Shown piece after piece: positions 28,260-39,030 of a stretch of 64,000 nt of DNA. A model generated the notes under the pieces. That model was not told where the DNA came from. It saw only the letters and a program-made list of their open reading frames with translations, and did not search any database. Every line of letters begins with the position of its first letter. Positions within the stretch are counted from its first letter, which is position 1. Origin of the DNA: a bacterium. GTDB taxonomy: Bacteria > Zixibacteria > MSB-5A5 > GN15 > FEB-12. The stretch is taken from positions 15,539 through 79,538 of the forward strand of contig JBDRNJ010000027.1 in NCBI GenBank assembly GCA_043811375.1. The letters run 5' to 3'. A program made the position numbers and the translations under genes.

Positions 28260-29489
28260 TTACTCCCTACCCACCCCCAGCTCCCGCAAATACTCCACCG
28301 CCGCATCTTTGCAACAGGCGTTCGGGTTTTCGGTGTGGCGGGTGAGGTAGTCGATTGCCACCGCACGTTCCTGAACGTCCGGTGTCAGGCGGGCGATTTC
28401 GTAATAGCTGCGCAAAAGCTGTCTCTCAACGTCGTCGATTGATACTTCAGGTCGTATCCGCCGTGCCTTGGCGTCGGCCAGCTCTCGATGAGGAGATGTC
28501 AGGTCGGCGTGCAGAGTTTGTAGAGAGTCCCGTCGCTGACGCCAGCCGGCCAGGCTGGTGTCGGTCGGTGGGATGACAACCCAACTGACAACTGTCTCAG
28601 CGGCAGCGTCGGTCTCGACCGCCTTTTCGGTAATACGCATCGGTACGACGGATACAGGTTTCATCGCTACCTGTGACTTGGCCGAGGCGGTGACTGAAAC
28701 TTCCTCCACCGCATGTGGCTCGGTCTTCTTACTTCCGACATCTCCCGGTTCAGGCGAAACCGAATCAATCTTAGTCGAAGTAGCTTCTGAGTAAACCTGG
28801 CCTGATCGTCCTTTGGCCACACCGGACACATCCTGCAGAAGTTCCTGCACCGTTTTTGCTTCCGGCGTCAGTTGGGTGTCCACAGCCATCAGGTTGGTCT
28901 GTGGCGCGACCTCGACTGCTTCTATCAACTCCGCCTCGTTAAAGTCAACCTCGATTTTGGGCGCTGGCGGTATCTCTATGGCGACGGTCTCATCGTCAGC
29001 TTTGCTTTCGACATCACCCCGGCGAGACATCTTCGGTTCCGATGCCTGTTTTTCAACTGTTTCGTCGTCTTTGGTTGCCGGTGTTTCCAAAATCCGTGGC
29101 GTTTGCTGAACATCTTTCAGGATGTCCGATTGATACAGTCCGATAAACGCCAGTACCGCCACCGAGGCGGCGACTGCAACGATCTTGCCGGTCATGCCCG
29201 TCCACCGGAAACGGGAAACATCAGTGATCTTCGTCTCCGCCAGTGTATCCAACCGCTGTTCGATAGCCTGCGCCGATTGTTCCCAGTAATCACCGTCCGG
29301 AAGCGAAGCCTTGTCCGCTACGAGTTGGTCCAGTCTTTCGATCTCACCCAGCAACTGTCGGCATTGCTCACATTCGTCGAGATGACGCCGAACAGCTTCT
29401 TTTTCCATAGGTGAAAGCTCACCATCTGCGTAGGCTGATATGCGGTCGCGGTAGTATGAATGATCCATTCTTGTCACCGTTGCAGGCAA
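28260..29489 (-). CDS. zf-HC2 anti-sigma factor
   Basis: ISAYADGEL..HLDECEQC, TM helix, downstream of ECF sigma. Confidence 0.88.
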   Translation of the reverse strand: MPATVTRMDHSYYRDRISAYADGELSPMEKEAVRRHLDECEQCRQLLGEIERLDQLVADKASLPDGDYWEQSAQAIEQRLDTLAETKITDVSRFRWTGMTGKIVAVAASVAVLAFIGLYQSDILKDVQQTPRILETPATKDDETVEKQASEPKMSRRGDVESKADDETVAIEIPPAPKIEVDFNEAELIEAVEVAPQTNLMAVDTQLTPEAKTVQELLQDVSGVAKGRSGQVYSEATSTKIDSVSPEPGDVGSKKTEPHAVEEVSVTASAKSQVAMKPVSVVPMRITEKAVETDAAAETVVSWVVIPPTDTSLAGWRQRRDSLQTLHADLTSPHRELADAKARRIRPEVSIDDVERQLLRSYYEIARLTPDVQERAVAIDYLTRHTENPNACCKDAAVEYLRELGVGRE

Positions 29490-29499
29490 TTATTGCCCA

Positions 29500-30102
29500 T
29501 TATAACAAGTCTTTCAATGATTGAAGCAACATCTGTCGCGCCCGGTAGAGTCGCGAGTCGACAGTGCCGGGGGGGATCTTCAAGTGAGAGGCAATCTCCG
29601 CATAATCCATTTCTTCGAAATGCCGTAGCGTGAACACCACCCGATATTTCTCCGGAAGCGCCGCCACCTCCCGGTAAAAGCGTTTCTGGGCCTGGTCCGT
29701 CAGCAGTTTATCCAGCGGTCCCAGGTCGGCTGACTGCGGATCGAAACCTTTTTCGCGCAAATTGTCCAGGGAGTCCTTTTTCTCTTCTCGCCGCATAAGG
29801 TTGAAAGCCAGGTTGCGGGCAATAGTTGCCAGCCAGGGGTAGAAGGCATACTCAGGTCGAAAACTGTCCAGAGCGGTATATGTTTTTACGAATGCTTCCT
29901 GCACAATATCCTCAGCCGTATCAAATGATCCCACCAGTCCGAGCACAAACCTCATCAGGCGCTTCTGGTGTTGCCGAATCAGGCGTCCAAAAGCTTGCCG
30001 GTCACCTCGCTGGGCGGCCTCGATTATAAGGCGCTCGGAATTTTTCTCTCCACCATTAGATACCGCCCGGCAGCCTAATTCTTCCCGACTGTTTTCAGCC
30101 AT
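29500..30102 (-). CDS. ECF sigma-70 factor
   Basis: AEDIVQEAF, WLATIARN, EIA..L.IPPGTVDSRLYRAR. Confidence 0.95.
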   Translation of the reverse strand: MAENSREELGCRAVSNGGEKNSERLIIEAAQRGDRQAFGRLIRQHQKRLMRFVLGLVGSFDTAEDIVQEAFVKTYTALDSFRPEYAFYPWLATIARNLAFNLMRREEKKDSLDNLREKGFDPQSADLGPLDKLLTDQAQKRFYREVAALPEKYRVVFTLRHFEEMDYAEIASHLKIPPGTVDSRLYRARQMLLQSLKDLL

Positions 30103-31087
30103 TTGCCTGGCGACCGCCGCCGGTCAGAGTAAGCGCCAGTATCTGAAGCGCCATAGCCGGTTTGAATCTTCCCCGGCGCAATTCAGCTTCGGCTTCTGCG
30201 ATTTCAATAATTATCTGCTCCAGGCGCCGATTATCATACCGGGCGGCCTGTTCTGAAAACTTGGCCGTCAGGAAACCCCGCTTGCCCAGCGGCTTCTTGC
30301 CGTTCTTGACCAGGTACAGCGATATAAAATGCTGCAGCATCAGTGATATCAGGTTGGACGGATACGTTCCGGTCGCCACCAGCGTTTCGATCGCTCGAAG
30401 CACTTTGGCGGTATCTCCGGCTACTACCACGTCGGCGACTTGAAAGATATTATGTACTTCGTAACCGGCGGTAAGTTGGCGGATGTCGTCTATGGTGACT
30501 GTTTCGCCTTTCTGCCGGTAGTTGACCAGTTTGCTCGTTTCGGCCACCAGCGCGCCGCGGTTACCCGCCACCAGTTCCGCCAGCAGTTCGGCCGCCGGCG
30601 GTTCGATACTGATTTCCTCGGCACTTAAAGCTCGATGAATCTGGCTCTGCACATCGCGTTTACTAAGCCGCCTGAATTCGACCGGCTCGGCCGCTTTTGT
30701 AACGGTTGTGAAAAAACTGGAATTGCGCCGGGGAGTCTTCGATGACGGGCTGCTCATAATCACCAGCCGGTTCGGTTGCGGCGGGTCCAGCAGGCTCAGG
30801 ATAGATTTCAGTTCTTTGGCGGAAAAGCTCTGGATACTGCTCACGGCGAACGCCTGCCGCTTCCCTAACATCGGCAGACTTGACAGTTCGGCCAGCAGAT
30901 CGGCACAGGAGGTACGGTTGCCGTCGATCTTGTAGTAATTGGTGAGCAGTTGTTTGTCGGGCAGAAACTGTCTGACGAGGTATTTTACCGCCTCGGTCTT
31001 GCGGTAATCCTCGGTGCCGAAAAAGTAGTAGACCGGGCGAAACTTGCCGTCTGACACATCCTCAAAAAGTTTCCGGGGAGAAGTCAT
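30095..31087 (-). CDS. holA: DNA polymerase III delta subunit
   Basis: PVYYFFGTEDY, SLPMLG, E..KL..Y, IF...D. Confidence 0.9.
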   Translation of the reverse strand: MTSPRKLFEDVSDGKFRPVYYFFGTEDYRKTEAVKYLVRQFLPDKQLLTNYYKIDGNRTSCADLLAELSSLPMLGKRQAFAVSSIQSFSAKELKSILSLLDPPQPNRLVIMSSPSSKTPRRNSSFFTTVTKAAEPVEFRRLSKRDVQSQIHRALSAEEISIEPPAAELLAELVAGNRGALVAETSKLVNYRQKGETVTIDDIRQLTAGYEVHNIFQVADVVVAGDTAKVLRAIETLVATGTYPSNLISLMLQHFISLYLVKNGKKPLGKRGFLTAKFSEQAARYDNRRLEQIIIEIAEAEAELRRGRFKPAMALQILALTLTGGGRQANG

Positions 31088-31119
31088 CGACGACAGTATA
31101 TATCGCCGACTCCGAAGCG

Positions 31120-31503
31120 TCAATCAAAAAGGGAATCCAAAGCGGGGTTCCTGTCGCTGGGCACCCACTCCAGTGAGAAACCATACTTATCGCGGTAGAT
31201 ATGCGTCCTGTCCAGAAGTTTGGCAAATTTATCGTCCAGCGGCTGCCGCCGGTTGACACCATTGACGATCTTGAGATTGTTGCCGTAAATCTGGTAGGTG
31301 TGTTTCGAGGAGAAGTACTTCTGATTGCTGTCTATGAACTCCAGCAGGGCCAGCAATGCCGCCAGGTCGCCATGATCGGTGTCCACGGCCGCAAAAGGGG
31401 CTTTGAAACGGATACCGATATCCGGGATATTAAACATGACCACAGCCGATTTGTCCGGCCGGCTGTCTTCAGGAAGCTCACGTGAACCAAAGTAACATTC
31501 CAT
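31120..31503 (-). CDS. Degenerate RNase H-like protein
   Basis: ALLALLE, IYGNN..IVN.VN, LEWVP..RN.A pattern without catalytic acids. Confidence 0.55.
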   Translation of the reverse strand: MECYFGSRELPEDSRPDKSAVVMFNIPDIGIRFKAPFAAVDTDHGDLAALLALLEFIDSNQKYFSSKHTYQIYGNNLKIVNGVNRRQPLDDKFAKLLDRTHIYRDKYGFSLEWVPSDRNPALDSLFD

Positions 31504-31914
31504 AGAGGTTCCCTGATGCAATCCCTGTGCCCTGACCGGCGACGAGTAGTATCTTGTTGCCGGGCAACAGGTTGATTTCCGGTGGGTAATCGAACATCAT
31601 GCAAGAGTGCAACCGGGTTCATAAAGGGGGAATGACTGTGGTGATAAGTATCACTTGATATCCCTGGTCCGAATTGAAATCTGGTAATGCACGGACAGGG
31701 GAGGACATCTTTGTCCGGGTTTTACCTGGTGTCGTAACCTCAATGTTGTTGGGATTGTGCCGGGGAATCATCCTCTTTGAGCCCATACTTCTTGTTGACA
31801 GCCACAAATAATTCTGTATATTGTAACGAGTTAGGGGTATTGAAGAGTAATGTCATACCCCCGGTTACTACTATGGTCTTAGACTTGACGATTATTACAA
31901 CTTCTGGAGGAAAC

Positions 31915-34512
31915 ATGAGAAGGCATCTGGTAACGATGGCAGTGGCTTTGTTGATTATCTCATCTACGGCCCTGTCGGCCGAACGGGTATCAGTGGAGTA
32001 CACGTTTGAACGGCCGCAGATTCAGTCGGTCACGATTGAGGGCAACCTGTACGACCGGCTGGTAATGCCGGAAGCGCCCAATTCGGGACAGATCGGCTAT
32101 CCGGCTCTCCCGGCGACCGGCGCTCAGATATTGCTCCCCTTCGGTACCCAGGTAAAAAGTATCGATATCATCACCGGCGAGAAAGTTTCACTGGGTCGGG
32201 ATTACCTGGTAGAACCGGTGGGACAACCGGTACCGCTGTCGGCTGCTCCCGGTACTGCCGTGCCGCCTACTCCGGATGCCGTTGTTTACTCACTGGGCAC
32301 CCCGGTTCCGGAAGCACTTTTTGAGTCGATCGGCACTCAGAGCTTCCGGGGTTACCAGATACTGACTCTAAAGCTCCAGCCGGTTCAGTATATCCCAACG
32401 ACCGGCGAGTTGTACTACTATACCATACTGACAGTCAACGTCGAGACGGAAGATGCCGATCAACCGGCAGCACTGTTGAGAGGATTGCCCGAAGACCAAC
32501 AGGATGTCCGGCTCCGGGTTGATAACCCGGAAGCTGCCGACGGATACGCTTCGGCGGCGATGCGCGGCCGGGCGAACTTCGAATTGCTGATTTTGACCAC
32601 TCCGGCTTTGGCCGCCACTTTCCAGCGTTTGAAAGATTACCACGACACTACCGGTATCCTGACCGAAATCCGCACCACCACCGACGTCGGCAGCACCAAC
32701 CCGGGCGATATCCGGGACTATATACGTGGCCTCTATCTGAGCGATGGCATCAAGTACGTCTTGATCGGCGGCGATGATGACATTATTCCCGCCCGTGATC
32801 TCTGGGTGCGCGCTTTTCCCGGTGGCGCCGAGACGGTGGACATGCCGGGCGACTTGTACTTCGGATGTCTGGATGGCACCTACAACTACGACGGTGACGG
32901 CTACTGGGGCGAACCGTACGATGGTGAAGGCGGGGGAGAGGTTGACCTGATCGCCGAGGTTTACGTTGGTCGGGCGGCTGTCAATACCGAGGACGAGGCC
33001 AACCGGTTCATCGACAAGATATTCACTTACGTTAACAGCAGCGGCGCTTATCTGCAGAAGATCCTGCTGGTAGGAGAATATCTCGGTTTTGGCGGCGACT
33101 CTGAGTACGCCGGCAATTCCATGGATGAGTTCGAAGATGGGTCGAGCGCTCATGGGTACTCAACGGTCGGCTTCTCGGGTGCGACGTATGTTATCGACAA
33201 ACTGTATGACCGGGACTGGGCCGGAAATGACTGGCCGTTCTCGGAACTGGTCACCCGCATCAACAGCGGCCTGCACGTGGTCAACCACCTGGGTCATGCC
33301 AACACCAACTACGCTCTAAAATCTTACAAGACCTCCTTCACCGGCTCGGTAACCAACACCGACCTCTGCTTTATTTATTCACAGGGTTGTTACGCCGGCC
33401 GCTTTGACGGCGCCGACTGCTGGGCGGAGTATGCGCACATCAAGTGCGACTACGGGCCGTTCGCAACGATTATGAATGCTCGCTATGGTTACGGATCTTA
33501 TGAGAGTACCGATGGTCCTTCTCAGCGATTTAACCGCGAGTTCTGGGATGCCGTGTTCAATCCGGCCGAATCCAAGACCCGGATGGGGAAGGCCAACCAG
33601 ATATCCAAAGAAGAAAACCTTTACCGCCTTAACGAATCGTGCATGAGGTGGTGCACCTACCAGTTGAACCTGTTTGGCGATCCCACTATAGCGTTTATCG
33701 GGGTTGACACCTGTGTCGACGTCGATAGCGATGAGGTGTGCGACGTCGGCGACAACTGCCCGGCCATCTACAATGCTGATCAGGCGGATGCCGACGGCGA
33801 CGGTATCGGTGACGTCTGCGATGATTGCACTGATATTGACGGCGATGGCTTTGGCGATCCGGGATATCCGGGCAACACCTGCCCCGAGGACAACTGCCCT
33901 GACATCCCGGCTTCTCAGAAAGACTATGATGGGGACGGCCTTGGAGATGCCTGCGATGACTGCACTGACAGCGACGGTGACGGTTTTGGGAATTCAGGAT
34001 TTTGGGCCAACACCTGCCCGGATGACAACTGTCCCGACCATGCCAATCCCGGTCAGGAGGATTTGGATGAGGACGGATTTGGTGATGTCTGCGACCAGTG
34101 CATGGATTTCGACCACGATGGCTTTGGCGATCCCGGCTATCCGGACAATACATGTCCTGAGGATAACTGCCCGGACATCCCCAACCCTGATCAGGATGAT
34201 CCCGATGGCGACAACCTGGGCGCTGTCTGTGACAATTGTCCGTCGGCTTACAATCCCGACCAGGCGGACGCCGATGAGGACGGCGTTGGCGATGCCTGCT
34301 GCTGTGTTAACGGCGGCAATGTCGATCGCAACGGCGGGATCGATGTGGCTGATCTCACCTGTCTGATAGCTTTCATGTTCCAGGGTGGCACGTCACCTCC
34401 CTGCCCGGCGGAAGGCGATGTCGACGGGACGGGAAATATCGACGTGGCTGATGTGACTTTTCTGGTGAGTTACCTGTTCCAGGGCGGCACGGCACCGCCG
34501 GCCTGCCAATAA
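31915..34512 (+). CDS. Secreted C25 (gingipain-like) cysteine peptidase with TSP type-3 repeats and dockerin-like tail
   Basis: Signal peptide, propeptide, NHLGH, SQGC, LFGDP, DNCP/DxDGDG repeats, duplicated IDVAD..L..F.GG. Confidence 0.92.
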   Translation: MRRHLVTMAVALLIISSTALSAERVSVEYTFERPQIQSVTIEGNLYDRLVMPEAPNSGQIGYPALPATGAQILLPFGTQVKSIDIITGEKVSLGRDYLVEPVGQPVPLSAAPGTAVPPTPDAVVYSLGTPVPEALFESIGTQSFRGYQILTLKLQPVQYIPTTGELYYYTILTVNVETEDADQPAALLRGLPEDQQDVRLRVDNPEAADGYASAAMRGRANFELLILTTPALAATFQRLKDYHDTTGILTEIRTTTDVGSTNPGDIRDYIRGLYLSDGIKYVLIGGDDDIIPARDLWVRAFPGGAETVDMPGDLYFGCLDGTYNYDGDGYWGEPYDGEGGGEVDLIAEVYVGRAAVNTEDEANRFIDKIFTYVNSSGAYLQKILLVGEYLGFGGDSEYAGNSMDEFEDGSSAHGYSTVGFSGATYVIDKLYDRDWAGNDWPFSELVTRINSGLHVVNHLGHANTNYALKSYKTSFTGSVTNTDLCFIYSQGCYAGRFDGADCWAEYAHIKCDYGPFATIMNARYGYGSYESTDGPSQRFNREFWDAVFNPAESKTRMGKANQISKEENLYRLNESCMRWCTYQLNLFGDPTIAFIGVDTCVDVDSDEVCDVGDNCPAIYNADQADADGDGIGDVCDDCTDIDGDGFGDPGYPGNTCPEDNCPDIPASQKDYDGDGLGDACDDCTDSDGDGFGNSGFWANTCPDDNCPDHANPGQEDLDEDGFGDVCDQCMDFDHDGFGDPGYPDNTCPEDNCPDIPNPDQDDPDGDNLGAVCDNCPSAYNPDQADADEDGVGDACCCVNGGNVDRNGGIDVADLTCLIAFMFQGGTSPPCPAEGDVDGTGNIDVADVTFLVSYLFQGGTAPPACQ
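33712..34305 (+). repeat. Coding tandem repeats (thrombospondin type-3 calcium-binding)
   Basis: Repeated CDDCTD.DGDGFGDPGYP.NTCPEDNCP units. Confidence 0.85.
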
Positions 34513-34563
34513 CCTGAATGTTATCCGGCGTATGTTTGGCGTCGGATGATTACTATAAAAGGT

Positions 34564-34590
34564 AACGGGGTCCCCAAAAGGGATCCCGTT
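34564..34590. terminator. Hairpin between convergent genes
   Basis: aacggggtccc-caaaa-gggatcccgtt. Confidence 0.65.
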
Positions 34591-34621
34591 CCTATCTTCG
34601 ATACTGCCCGATTGTGAACCA

Positions 34622-35911
34622 CTACGGCATGATGTGCGGTGTGATCAGGATTATCAAGTCAGTGGTTGTTTTTTCGGTCGATTTGTTGCTGAACAAAAGC
34701 TTACCCAGCACTGGTATCCGGCCCAGCAGCGGCACTCTCTGCACCTGGACGATTTCACCTTCCTTGAGCAGACCGCCCAGGGCCGCCGTCTCACCATTGG
34801 CGACGGTGATGGTGGTGCTGATTGAGCGAGAAGCCGTAATAGGTTTCTGGTTTTCGATGGGACCGGTGTACCCGATGATGTCCTCGACCTTGGGATGAAC
34901 CTCCATCGTTATGTTGCCGTCACCGGTGATCCGCGGCGTTACGCTGAGGGAGATGCCAACTTCTTCATCCTGGAAGGTGATAATATCCTGAACGGCGGCT
35001 CCTTCGGTAAAGCGATTGAGGGTGGCGATGGGTATGATCGTTTGCACTCGTATCTCAGCCGTGTGATTCTCCAGAGTGGTGATATGGGGGTTGGATACCA
35101 GTTTGGAGTTGCCGTTCTGGTTGAGCAGATCAAGCACGGTTCCAAGCTGTGCCACAGACAGTGTGCCCCAGGTCCAGTCAAGCGTCTCGGCGTTGAGGTC
35201 CACCTGGCCTGCCGGGTTGTTGTTGCCGGAAGACTCACTCGATGAACCTGTAGAATTGTCACCGCCAAGACTGGTTTGGATCGTGGTGGGCCATGAGAAG
35301 CCGAGCTTGGTCTTGTTGTCGACCGTGCTTTCAATGATCCGCACCTCAATTGAGACCATTCGTTCCGGTTGGTCAATTTCGGAAACCAGGGCGACCAGAT
35401 CGGTTACCACCGCAGGGAAATCGGTTATCATAATGCGATTGGCCCGGTAGCCATCCGTACTGTTGCCGCCCTGATCCCCCTGATCCAGTATGACCACATT
35501 GCCGCGAGCGGAAAGTTGTGCTTCCAGCGCCTTCTGTGCCGTCACCGGATTCAAATACTTTAGCCTCACTGTTTGCGATATCAATTCCCCGGGCGCTTTA
35601 ATTTCGGATGATTTAACAACGATGATATCATCTTTGAGATAGTAGTTATACCCGTTAGGGGAGAGGATAGCATCCAGCGCTGTCGGTAGAGCTACCTGAT
35701 AGAGGCGCAGCGTGACCTCACCGCTGATATCTCCGGAGATGAGCAGATTGAGATCGTTTTGCTGAGCTATCATCTGCAGGACCATAGTAATCGGGACCGC
35801 TTCCAGTTCCAGTGACAGGCTGTCGGAACTGTCCAGTTGATAGGCTGCGACAGGTCCGATGAACAGTGCCAATGCCAGGATCAATGCTGCCGCAATATAT
35901 TTTGTTCTCAT
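34622..35911 (-). CDS. Secretin (PilQ/GspD family)
   Basis: STN/N3 domains, P.ITTLEN, GI.L.VTP.I, VPLLGRIPVLGKLLF, ILITPHI. Confidence 0.93.
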   Translation of the reverse strand: MRTKYIAAALILALALFIGPVAAYQLDSSDSLSLELEAVPITMVLQMIAQQNDLNLLISGDISGEVTLRLYQVALPTALDAILSPNGYNYYLKDDIIVVKSSEIKAPGELISQTVRLKYLNPVTAQKALEAQLSARGNVVILDQGDQGGNSTDGYRANRIMITDFPAVVTDLVALVSEIDQPERMVSIEVRIIESTVDNKTKLGFSWPTTIQTSLGGDNSTGSSSESSGNNNPAGQVDLNAETLDWTWGTLSVAQLGTVLDLLNQNGNSKLVSNPHITTLENHTAEIRVQTIIPIATLNRFTEGAAVQDIITFQDEEVGISLSVTPRITGDGNITMEVHPKVEDIIGYTGPIENQKPITASRSISTTITVANGETAALGGLLKEGEIVQVQRVPLLGRIPVLGKLLFSNKSTEKTTTDLIILITPHIMP

Positions 35912-35916
35912 ACAAC

Positions 35917-36351
35917 CTATCCTTTGGAAACGGTTAACGTCAGCTTCGAGCCGTTATGCTCAAGGGTGACGGAATTGGCGTCTATTGAAAGTACTCTGGC
36001 GTTATCGATGGTGTCACCAGTGTGTACCGGCTTGTTGTTGATGATAGCTGAAGGTTGCTGACGGCCGAATACGATTCCGGACAACCGCCACGTTTGTGTG
36101 CGTTGCGGACGGCTGATCTGCGGTTGGTGCCGGCGAAACGGGTCGCCCCCCCAGGTTGCAGCCTGCCGTTCTTCGATGTTGATCAGATCAGACCCCGGTC
36201 GTTTTGCGACTGGTGCGCTCACCGGAGCAATGGTGCTGGGTTTCTCCACTGCCGCCGGTTTGTTTTTTTCGGTCGGGAAATTGAACGCCGCCCAGGTGAT
36301 CGCCACCGGCAGCGTCAGGTATACCAGCCATTTACGGGTTCGTTCCGTCAT
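35917..36351 (-). CDS. PilP/GspC-like pilus assembly protein
   Basis: DPF, LSGIV, AIIN, GDTI motifs. Confidence 0.7.
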   Translation of the reverse strand: MTERTRKWLVYLTLPVAITWAAFNFPTEKNKPAAVEKPSTIAPVSAPVAKRPGSDLINIEERQAATWGGDPFRRHQPQISRPQRTQTWRLSGIVFGRQQPSAIINNKPVHTGDTIDNARVLSIDANSVTLEHNGSKLTLTVSKG

Positions 36352-36911
36352 ACACCCTCCGGAAAACTACCCAGCAAAGCGTTAAAACTGAACTGAAGCT
36401 GTAATTCCCCGATGCCGTCTCTGGTTCCGAGAATCCGGCACTCTTTCACTCCCTGGAAAAAATCGGCCTGCTCGATAGCGCCCACAAATCTGCCAAAATT
36501 AACATAACCTCCTTGCAGTCGAAGGCTGATGCTGAGAATCTGGGTCTGGTTGGAATCGGGAACTATGCTGTTGAGATACAATAACTCTTCCACCGGTGGC
36601 GTTATCTCCGTGATGCCAACGTGGTACCTGTCGGCCTGATCATGCAGACGTCGAAACAACAGCAGAACGTCATCTTTCGCATAAAGACGCGAACTCAAAG
36701 CACTCCTCTCGGCGGACAGCCGGCTGCGTTTTTCAAGAAACTCGGGCAACTGGTTCATGATTTTCCGGAAATCCTGTAGTTGTTCTCTGGCCTGGGTTAC
36801 CTCGTTACTGGTGGCTGCCATTTGCCTGCGAACTGGCATATACAACAGCGTAAACCAGACGGCTGTGATTGCCGGAAGAATGACTACATAAATAGTCAGC
36901 CGCTTGTACAT
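36348..36911 (-). CDS. pilO: PilO-like protein
   Basis: TM, coiled coil, ferredoxin-like L.GGY..FGRF; cluster position. Confidence 0.75.
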   Translation of the reverse strand: MYKRLTIYVVILPAITAVWFTLLYMPVRRQMAATSNEVTQAREQLQDFRKIMNQLPEFLEKRSRLSAERSALSSRLYAKDDVLLLFRRLHDQADRYHVGITEITPPVEELLYLNSIVPDSNQTQILSISLRLQGGYVNFGRFVGAIEQADFFQGVKECRILGTRDGIGELQLQFSFNALLGSFPEGV

Positions 36912-38527
36912 ACCGTTCCCTGCATGTCAATCCGGAACTCTATCTCAAAATGGTCGTCAAAACGACTTTTGACATGTTTGCTGAGTTTGACGTTGTCGAA
37001 AAAAGCCGAGCTTTTCAAACTCTCTACGAACTCGGCCAGGAGTACTTCCGGTGGAACCGAGGTCGATTTGATTATGCCCCGGACCGTCAAATTATGATCG
37101 GAATGCTCTGAATCGTATACCAGATCAAGTAACTGCACTGACGATGGAGTTAACAGCGAAAGTTCCTTGAGGTTAAGGGTGAGATAACTGGGTTCATGGT
37201 GTGCTTTGTCCAGGAAGGCCTGGTATCCGACGATCTGCCTTTTCAGCACATGGTATGTGCCGTAAGCCTCAGAGTTCTTAATTCTGTCCACCTGCCGGTT
37301 CAGGGACAACAGGCTTTCTTCCTTTGCGACAGCTTCTTGTTTCATCAGCATCCATCCACCGAACAACGCCAGGGTTACCAGAATCAGGGCTACCCGTGAC
37401 AGGCGATCGACTCTCCTGGTCTGGTACTGGGATCGATCCTCAGCCGGCAGGAGATTGGCCACATCGGTATCGTATGACGCCGATGCCAGGGCCGCCAGAC
37501 AGACCGGCAGGGTGTCGGTAAAACGATTGTTGTCGCCGGATATAAAATCCAGGTTTTCGGCCGGAAATCGCTCAAAGAGAATGTTACCGTAACCGTTGAG
37601 CAGTTCCAACAGATCGCTGGAATAGGCCAGATCGCCGCAGATCAGTACCCGGTCAGCCGACCCGTGCTGAAACTGACCGGTGTAGTAGTCCATCGAGGTC
37701 TGAAGTTCGGCAGCCATTGAGCGAGCGAAGGCCGCAAAAGACTCAATATCACCGGTTGACCCCAACTGTAACGACCCCACTGGACTGATCTGGAAGAATT
37801 CCAGGCAGGCGCCGTGATAGAAGGCGATTTCGGAATGTTCTCGGGTGATGTTCACCACGATCGTATGCCCGAACGGATCGAAATCGGGCAGGTGCGGCAG
37901 GAGCCGACCGATCACATCCTGACTGTGGTGAATAGCTCTCAGACAGACGTTCTGCTGACGGAAAGGCTGAAGGACTTCATTAATCAGACGCTTTGTCGCC
38001 GCATGCAAACCGACCTTGTAGCGGTTCTGCCCGTTACTGGTGAACTTTGATGACAGACGGTAATCGTAGATACAGTCTTCCGGTGGAAACGGCACCTGCT
38101 TACGGACCTCGAAAGCCACGGCAGCATCCAGATCACGCCGTTTCAGGGCCGGCATGGAGAAAGTGCGAAAAGCCGTCTCCCGACCGGACACGACTACAGA
38201 TATCCGGCTTGAGCGCCGGCCAAATCGTTTAAGGAATTCACCGACCGTCTCGGCAATGAAATTAACCTGATCGGAAGTACCGACCATGCTCGAGGGAACA
38301 TACACTTTTCCAATGTCCAGAATCTTTTTCCTGCGGCCGAAACGGGAGACAGCAGCCATATGAACGGAATTCTCATCGACACAGAAGGCAATATGGCGCC
38401 CGATGCCGGATCGGTGTCGCACGGGCAGCACAACTTCCGATACCGGCAAGGCTTCATCGCTGGAAGGCGTCCGGCGACTGCGCAAAGCCAGTTTGACCTT
38501 CTGCGAGTAAGCCTTGAGGTCAAGCAC
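36896..38527 (-). CDS. PilM-PilN fusion-like assembly protein
   Basis: Actin-like PilM part (FRTFSMP, QVPFP, YDY), TM, then PilN-like domain. Confidence 0.75.
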   Translation of the reverse strand: MLDLKAYSQKVKLALRSRRTPSSDEALPVSEVVLPVRHRSGIGRHIAFCVDENSVHMAAVSRFGRRKKILDIGKVYVPSSMVGTSDQVNFIAETVGEFLKRFGRRSSRISVVVSGRETAFRTFSMPALKRRDLDAAVAFEVRKQVPFPPEDCIYDYRLSSKFTSNGQNRYKVGLHAATKRLINEVLQPFRQQNVCLRAIHHSQDVIGRLLPHLPDFDPFGHTIVVNITREHSEIAFYHGACLEFFQISPVGSLQLGSTGDIESFAAFARSMAAELQTSMDYYTGQFQHGSADRVLICGDLAYSSDLLELLNGYGNILFERFPAENLDFISGDNNRFTDTLPVCLAALASASYDTDVANLLPAEDRSQYQTRRVDRLSRVALILVTLALFGGWMLMKQEAVAKEESLLSLNRQVDRIKNSEAYGTYHVLKRQIVGYQAFLDKAHHEPSYLTLNLKELSLLTPSSVQLLDLVYDSEHSDHNLTVRGIIKSTSVPPEVLLAEFVESLKSSAFFDNVKLSKHVKSRFDDHFEIEFRIDMQGTVCTSG

Positions 38528-38539
38528 TGTTACCTCGGA

Positions 38540-39007
38540 TCAGAATGTTATAGTGATGGTATCGCTGCTTCCGGTGGACCTGATTCGCCGATTGGAAGGC
38601 TCATAGACATACGCCGTTTCCCAGGCGTCGGAAAGGTAGGTACCACCGGAACTATCGATATATGGCCCATTCCACCCCAGTCGAGTCAGTTTGTTGTACA
38701 CCGGGACTGAGTCAGGTTTAATTGTCAGGTCGACCAGTTGTGAAGGCGCATAACCGACGTCACCTTCAAACCCGCGTTCAACGTATTCTCCCCCTGATAC
38801 AACTTCCGGGTTGCCGGCAATTGCTCGCTTGAGCGCCATCATTTCTTTTTTTGTGGCGTTGGCCTTCGATCCCTCGGTCATATCTGCGAACCTGGGTATT
38901 GCCACTGCAGCGAGTATCCCCAGAACGACAATAATGATCACCAACTCGACCAGGGTGAATCCTCCTTGGTCGGTTGATGTTTGCAGGTCATCTGGACGGA
39001 CACTCAT
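38540..39007 (-). CDS. Type IV (pseudo)pilin, GspG-like
   Basis: GFTLVEL prepilin site, W.GPY, DAW. Confidence 0.92.
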   Translation of the reverse strand: MSVRPDDLQTSTDQGGFTLVELVIIIVVLGILAAVAIPRFADMTEGSKANATKKEMMALKRAIAGNPEVVSGGEYVERGFEGDVGYAPSQLVDLTIKPDSVPVYNKLTRLGWNGPYIDSSGGTYLSDAWETAYVYEPSNRRIRSTGSSDTITITF

Positions 39008-39030
39008 TTTTTGCAGTCAGCTCCGTTGTC

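Noticed and set aside
33695..34366. Alternative-frame ORFs and DNA repeats as a separate element
   Set aside because: Explained by TSP type-3 coding repeats.
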